From the NCBI GenBank assembly GCA_025786725.1, contig JAHLTZ010000011.1, positions 434,001 through 498,000 on the forward strand: DNA of 64,000 bases, in the 5' to 3' direction. The number at the start of each line of letters is the position of its first letter. Within the stretch, counting starts at the first letter, position 1. This DNA comes from Syncephalis fuscata S228 (Eukaryota > Fungi > Zoopagomycota). The position numbers were made by a program, and so were the translations under genes. Of the stretch, positions 56,404 to 64,000 are shown one piece after another. Below the pieces are notes generated by a model that saw nothing but the letters and a program-made list of their open reading frames with translations, did not search any database and had not been told where the DNA came from.

Positions 56404-57227
56404 GATGCCAAGCTATAGCCACGCCAATGAATAGAAAGACGAATATGAATGAAGCCGACGCGTCGGATAATAAGTGTTCTGCAAGATAAAGGTATTGAAA
56501 ATAATGCTAATACAGATGGCGTTTAGTTAAACGGTCTCAAGTATCAATCAATACCAATAGATAGTTGACCAAAGTGTTAAAAGACAAGAATAAGAATGAG
56601 GTTAGTAAAGTACGCAAGTACTCGCTCACAGCAGCAACTAAAGGCTTCACCGCTCATGCATCGTCTACCTCATGAAACTGATGTGTGTCCACTGATGATT
56701 GGCGGAAATGTATCCGACTATTCAAGCTTTCATATCATTTGTTGATTTACAGGTCAGCTCAAGAATAGTGACTAACCTATATATATTGTTTATTTTATTG
56801 GATGTTACTATTATTGCACTATTACTGAATAACAAAGATTAGATACAGTATTTAATATATACTATATCGTTACTTTTATAGCTATATATCAGTATATTTT
56901 ATAATAACTGTAACATCTAGTTAAAATAATACAAGTTGTATATATAAATATCTATGTTTCAATTAATAGCTATGTATTTAGTTATATTTATTTTAGAAAC
57001 AAACATATATACTACAGTCGTATAAAAGACCAATAGTAATTAAATTATATATACAAATCATTTAATGGTATCAGTCAATATTAGTATTAAAAGCGATAAA
57101 ATAGGTGTAATAATTTAAATGCAAATTAATAATTAAGAATAGCTAGATTGTTTACGTTTATTGACAAATATTTATTTTATTTGTTTACTGAACTGATCTT
57201 ACTGCTATTTTCACTACGCATACACGC

Positions 57228-57314
57228 ACGCGTATACTTGTTGTCTGCTTAAAGTTCTTTGTTCACAGCTTGTTTGCAACTTGATAATATCTTTGTGGAT
57301 TGTTATTGACGCGT
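57228..57314. promoter_or_regulatory. Two MCB-like (ACGCGT) elements upstream of the condensin gene
   Basis: ACGCGT at 57228-57233 and 57309-57314, plus a third at 56458-56463 in the same divergent intergenic region. Confidence 0.45.
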
Positions 57315-57333
57315 TTAAAGTATTTTAAGCAAC

Positions 57334-60322
57334 ATGGCCGATTTAGACGAGCAATCACAGCGTCTTTCAGCTTCGTTCACGCATCTTGGTTCGCCAAAGC
57401 GCGTCCTGCTCAATGACGACGAGGCTGAGAAGCGGAATCGACGCCGATCACGCGCAGACCGTCGTCGATCCAATCTACTGGGTCCTCGTCAACAGATTGT
57501 ACTTGGTCGTAGTTCATTAAGCGGTGATCCTATCACCGGGCCGCATGGTGGTTCACCGCTTGTTCAAAGTTTAACTCCCGAAGAACTGAATCGTCAATAC
57601 GAAGAATGGATGAAAATTGCCGCCGATAACGTAAGTAATACCGTTACTGCTACTAGAAACAGTAGTCTATATTGACATTATTATAGAAAATCAATACAAG
57701 CAATACGTGGAACTTTGCATTAATTGACTATTTCCACAATATGACTTTATTACGTGAAGGTGATTCTATCAATTTTCAAAAGGCATCTTGTACTTTAGAT
57801 GGCTGTATGAAGATTTATACATCACGTGTGGATTCAGTGGCTACTGAGACTGGAAAGTTACTTAGTGGTCTCTCAGAAAGTAATGGTAGGTAGTTATTTA
57901 ATCATGTAGTAATAGAATTGAACTAGAATCTATATGTCTAATAAATAAATAAATAGCTCGTGGACAGAATGGTAATGACGACGATGACGATGATCAACAA
58001 CGACGAAAGAAAAAAGTAGGCTTATTATAATATTGTTAATAGTAATAGTAACATTCAACTATTTATTAGTCTTCTAGAACTGAGAATACACTTGTTAAAG
58101 ACTTTTCTACTATTACGCTTAAAAAGTTTGATTTGGAATTTGCAGTTGATCCATTGTTTAAAAAGACATCGGCCGATTTTGATGAAGGTGGTGCACGCGG
58201 TCTATTACTCAATCATCTTAGTACACATGATGGTCTTAAAATTATCTTTGATGCCAGTGATGTTAACAGCAGATACAAAAGAAGAGAGTTCCGAAGATGA
58301 GGATGGAAAAAACGATGAAAAGGAGGATACAAAGAAGGAAAGTGAAGACGACGAAGTAGAAGAAGAGGAAGAAGAAAAGATCAATACTGAAGATACAACA
58401 TGTTCTATGGAAGAAGATACCAATGAAGGCGAAACAGTTTTAGTCAAAAAAGAAAAGCCATCTAATGAATTAAATGACTCACTTGATACTGAACAACAAC
58501 AACAACAACAAGATGCAAAAAACATAGAAGATAATGATACAGAAAGTGAAAATAAAATCATTGTAGACACGGAATGCATATTAAATGTTGGCAAGATCAA
58601 AGGTAATTAGTTAAATAGTAAATAATAATCAATATAATAAATCTAATAATTATTATAAAAGCCAAGTTTGCTGCAGGCATTCAAAATATTTGGCAACGTG
58701 AAATCTGTCCATCACTACGAACATTTGAATTCTCTTCAGAGGATTGGATTTACCTTTATTACAAAGTGATCTATCAGAACGTGATCCATTGGCTGAAAAT
58801 ACAATGACTAGAGATGATCAAGAATTGGATGACCATTTCTTTGACGCTGATGTGGATAATATTGGATTTGATATGGCTGGATATGGAGATGATATAGGCG
58901 GTGGTGTAGGAGAGAATGACGATGAAGATGACGAGGATGACGAGGATGAAGATGGAGAACGACGACAGCAACGTGATACTACAAGCAATCCAACAGAAGA
59001 TGAACAAGGCGGTATTATTCCAAACTTTTCAGAAGCAGACTTTTTAGCTTCTATGTCTAACAACAATAATGATCTATTCTCCTATTTTGACTCGGCTCTT
59101 AATAAGAATTGGGCTGGTCCACAACACTGGAAATTGTTACGACCAAATAAACGTAAGCTAGTTACAATAGCAACAACAACAATAATACAAGTACTAACTT
59201 AAATGATTATTAGAATTAACGAGTGCTGAAAAGACATCTCAAACTGTAAAGACGAGAAAGGAAAAAGAAACATTTGAAATTGATTTTATTAAAGGTGATC
59301 CAGTTGATATGGATGCACTGTTTGCACCTGCTACTGCCTCAATTAATCTACCCAAGACACATGATAGAGCTGAAGAACAAAATCTATTACCGAATGATCT
59401 TCACTTTTCAGCTCGTCGTTTACTTAGTCTATTCGCTAAACCGACACTTATGGTAGGCTATTAGTATTACTGATAAATATATATGTATATAATTGACTAA
59501 TTAATTGCATATCTATTTGTAGTTTACGGGCAAGGGACGTCGTCGTTATATCGATCCAGATATGGAACGAGTAAGCGCGGATGTAGATAGTGTTATAAGA
59601 GATGCCAAGTTTGTTGAGGCTGATAATCAGGATATCGTTGGAATAAATGGTAATTACATATTTATAGTTATAGGTGTGTATTATAGACTAATGATGACGT
59701 TTATATTGTAGATGATCTTGATACAATGGGAGATCCAATATTTAATGCACCGCCAGGCTTTGATGACGATGACGATGAAGTCATTGGAGGCGGATTTGAT
59801 GCCGGATTTGAAGATGAAGTCGACGACGATATGCCTATTATCTTTGAGGCTGAAGATACAGAATATGGTAATGCACTCGTTAATGCAACCCGTACAGTGA
59901 AGCCAGCCTATATCAATTATGCAAAGACGGCCAAACGAGTGGATGTAAAACGATTAAAGGACAATATTTGGCGTAAACTTACCAAGAAGGTGGGTTATTT
60001 AAAACACACCAATCTATTTACTAATACTGTTACCAATTAGACCGATCAACTCGAGAATAGCGCCGATAAAGAAGAGGATATCCAAGACGCTGATCTATCA
60101 ACCATGACATCACCAGATACTACTCAAGCTCAAGGAGAACAGCGATTTACGGATATTATCACGGGTCTTAAGGGTGTATATGCTCAAGAGACGATGAAGG
60201 ATATTTCTGTATCTTTTTGTTTTATTTGTCTGTTACATCTGGCTAATGAAAAGAATCTAAAGATTACTGGCGATCAGACACTTTCTGATTTGACTGTAGT
60301 TCAAGATGCAGTAACACGATAA
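57334..60322 (+). CDS. BRN1: Condensin complex subunit 2 (barren/CAP-H; Brn1/Cnd2), multi-exon
   Basis: YEEWMKIAADNKINTSNTWNFALIDYF, NFQKASCTLDGCMKIYTSRVDSVATETGKLLSGL, DPLFKKTSADFDEGGA, NWAGPQHWK, YAKTAKRVDVKRLK and FICLLHLANE. Confidence 0.96.
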
Positions 60323-60443
60323 ATACTAATAAACATTTGTATTTTTAATGGACATTGTATGTATATATATATATATGAAAATAGTTTATTACACATGACT
60401 ATTTTCTCAATACTTGAGCACAATACAAGTATTAGTAACTATA

Positions 60444-61492
<1,049 letters not shown>

Positions 61493-63214
61493 AGTGAAAA
61501 AAGCTAGTTGAAAAAAGCAACAGTAAAAACAAATGTAAAGAAAAAAGGTAAACAAGCAATTAACAGCTTTATTAACGCGCAAAGTTTTACATATTAGCTG
61601 CATTAAACAGTGTGACGGCACCTTCAAGTTGAACTACAAATTTGAGTATTAAGATTAACGATTCATTTGTTTAATGCCATTAACTAGGCTTTTTATAATA
61701 TTTGGCTTATTTGGATATTTAATTATTATATGGTCAATTTGTTAAATGTTGTAAAGTTGTTTTGTATAATAATACTGCTAATACTAGTGCGTGGTATTTT
61801 ATAGTTCCTTTTTATTCACGTAGATAGTATACGGTATAGCAATTTCAAAATTCGTTAATTATCTATTTGGATTTATAAACAATCTAGTCAGTTATTTTAT
61901 TTTACGTTTTTGTGTTTGCACTGATAGTTATGATCATGGCAACATAGTTTACTGTTTCCGTAGTTTTAACAGTATATATAGTTATGTTGTTTTTTAACTT
62001 TTATAGAATATAAAAGCGATTTTCTACAAATTTGTCAATATCTTGAATGTTAAAAGTAGTGGCTTTAGAGAAAAAGTCATGCTACTAGTCAAGGATGCAA
62101 TGTTATAGTGCCATTTATCTGTAAGCTGGTAACGACATGTTTGAAGTCTAACACTGCCATCAAATCCCGGTTTTACGGCCTTGTCTCAATACAACTCGCC
62201 TTGGATTTTTGACAATTTCGGTGTATCACCAGTAGCGAGTCATAGCAATTATAATATAAACAAGTTATTCCTATCAAACTGTTAGTAAACAAACCATTTA
62301 TAAACCAGAATTGCCACTGGTTGGCATATCATATATTATTGCTGTAAACTCGAAACAGGCTGCATATGACTGGGGTCGCCTTGCGAATACAGTCTAATGT
62401 CCTTGCATTACTTTACGGACAGACAGTCAATAGCATCAATGTTCAGGTTCAATGCTTTATAAAATGCCGTTACACGACAGCTAGTGATTGATAGTAGCAA
62501 TTGATTGATAGAAACAAGGCTTGTATCAGTATTTGATAGTGTAGCGCCAAAGTCAAGCTGTTCATTCCTATAGCTAAGCTGCAATGCCAAATTAAAAGCA
62601 TGTGCAAGACCAATTAATATACTTTCATGGCTTAGAAAACTAAAGCAAGATTATGCGCAACAATAGACATCTGTAACAAAATAAAAGTTTGATACGTTAA
62701 TTTTACTATTATATTGGGTCAAGCGTTGCTTGTAATGCATATAAATAGTGATAATTGATTATTATTTTTAAGAATACAGGAGCAACAGAACAAGACATCC
62801 ACCTCCATCGTATGGTGAGCCGTGTAACAACAATACAAGTAGATACGTACAGTCTTGTTACATATGCCACTGGATAAATGATATTGCTGTGCCATTTATG
62901 TAAATGCCGAGCAGGTTTAAAACAAAGGCCAGGGATTATATCTGTCACGCCATTGACCTATTTGTATATGGGGCCTCAAACCATCACATGTATGTGTTGT
63001 TATTGGTTTAGATTGCGCATCAGTGGCACAATCTATACAAAATTTGCTAGTATTCCAGCATAGATACAAGCTTAAATAGCCGAGATAATACACACATCAA
63101 ATTAGTAGCATAATTTTTACGCCCTATTTCTACCAAGCACTTACCACTATTTACTTTATACCAGTGACTCTTACTGTCCATTATATTTATTTGTTTTACC
63201 AAATCAATATTATC

Positions 63215-64000
63215 ATGAAGCTCTATAGTATTACCGTCTGTACCATCGCCATGGCGCTTGTGGCCAATATGGTCGTAGTGAATGCTAAGCCAACTCTATC
63301 CCCTAATAGTACGTTGTAGTTACAATAATTTGTTATTTATCTAATTAAATACTGTTTATATTGCTAAACCATGCTATTAGCTCGTAAGTAGCCTTATATA
63401 TAATCAGATATATACTGAATATATACTATGCGACATTTATGTTCAATAACTTGTATTAATAGCTGGTAAGTTGTATTATATATTAATCAATAGTCCGTTA
63501 ATTAAATATCGTGCTTTGCGTGTGCTCAATACCTTGTATTAATAGAATGTAAGTAGTGTTGTGAATCGATTTGTAATAAACTAAACGTATGTTATGTACT
63601 ATGTACCTGATGGCTTTTATTAATAGTTTGTAAGTGGTATTACATATTGATTAGCCATTTACTAAATATATGCCATCCATCATATATGTTCAACAATTTG
63701 TATTAATAGGGGGTAAGTGTTATTGTATATTAACCAATTATACACTAATTATATGCTATGTATTGTGCGTGTTTAATAATTTGTATTAATAGGTCGTAAG
63801 TAACATTGTGGATAATTAACAATATATTAAATATATGCCATTTATTGTGTGTGTATCAAATGAATTGCATTAATAGGAGGTAAGTGACATTTAATATTAG
63901 CAAAATGTATATACTAAACATATGTCCTTCATGGCCTATGTTAATAACCTATATTAACAGTTCGTAAGTAACACGTGCATTAATTAACCTTAAACTAAAC
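63215..64000 (+). CDS. Secreted micro-exon gene: signal-peptide exon plus at least eight 3-nt exons (continues beyond window)
   Basis: Exon 1 (63215-63308) encodes MKLYSITVCTIAMALVANMVVVNAKPTLSPN+A and is followed by a GTACGT donor. The 3-nt exons are CTC 63381-63383, CTG 63463-63465, AAT 63546-63548, TTT 63627-63629, GGG 63710-63712, GTC 63793-63795, GAG 63877-63879 and TTC 63961-63963. Each is flanked by YAG and GTAAGT, and splicing gives TPEFWGRV with no stop. Confidence 0.85.
63384..64000 (+). repeat. Degenerate tandem repeat with period ~81-84 bp, equal to a homologous intron plus a 3-nt exon
   Basis: Units follow GTAAGT...tat(a)ttaa...actaaa(t)atatg...tgt(g)ttcaataa(c/t)ttgtattaatAG-NNN. 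Confidence 0.88.

Noticed and set aside
63384-64000. CRISPR array or simple satellite interpretation of the ~82 bp repeat
   Set aside because: The context is eukaryotic with no cas genes. The units are degenerate, and their invariant positions are exactly the splice signals around 3-nt spacers.

Overview
Eukaryotic DNA from an AT-rich, intron-rich fungus with short (mostly 50-80 nt) GT-AG introns and CTAAY-type branch points. Gene content and style suggest an early-diverging lineage, possibly a Zoopagomycota/Syncephalis-like parasite, but this is inference only. Conserved housekeeping genes: a PacC/Rim101-like C2H2 transcription factor (cut by the left edge), MCM6, a GBF1/Gea2-type Sec7 ARF-GEF, CDC24/Scd1, PDI1, condensin BRN1/Cnd2 and FUR1. 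Accessory content: four intronless HXXXD/BAHD-type acyltransferases (two are a recent ~2 kb tandem duplication), a GST, a secreted M36 fungalysin, a signal-peptide kinase-like protein, a small KEN/D-box protein, two orphan ORFs, and a ~510 bp AT-rich direct repeat present twice ~20.3 kb apart. The most striking feature is at the right edge (63215-64000) and is absent from the ORF track. It is a secreted-protein gene whose signal-peptide exon is followed by at least eight consecutive 3-nt micro-exons. These are separated by mutually homologous ~80-nt introns and splice in frame to ...KPTLSPN-TPEFWGRV.... Several essential genes show single-base frameshifts in or near homopolymers, so the assembly probably contains indel errors and pseudogene calls are tentative.
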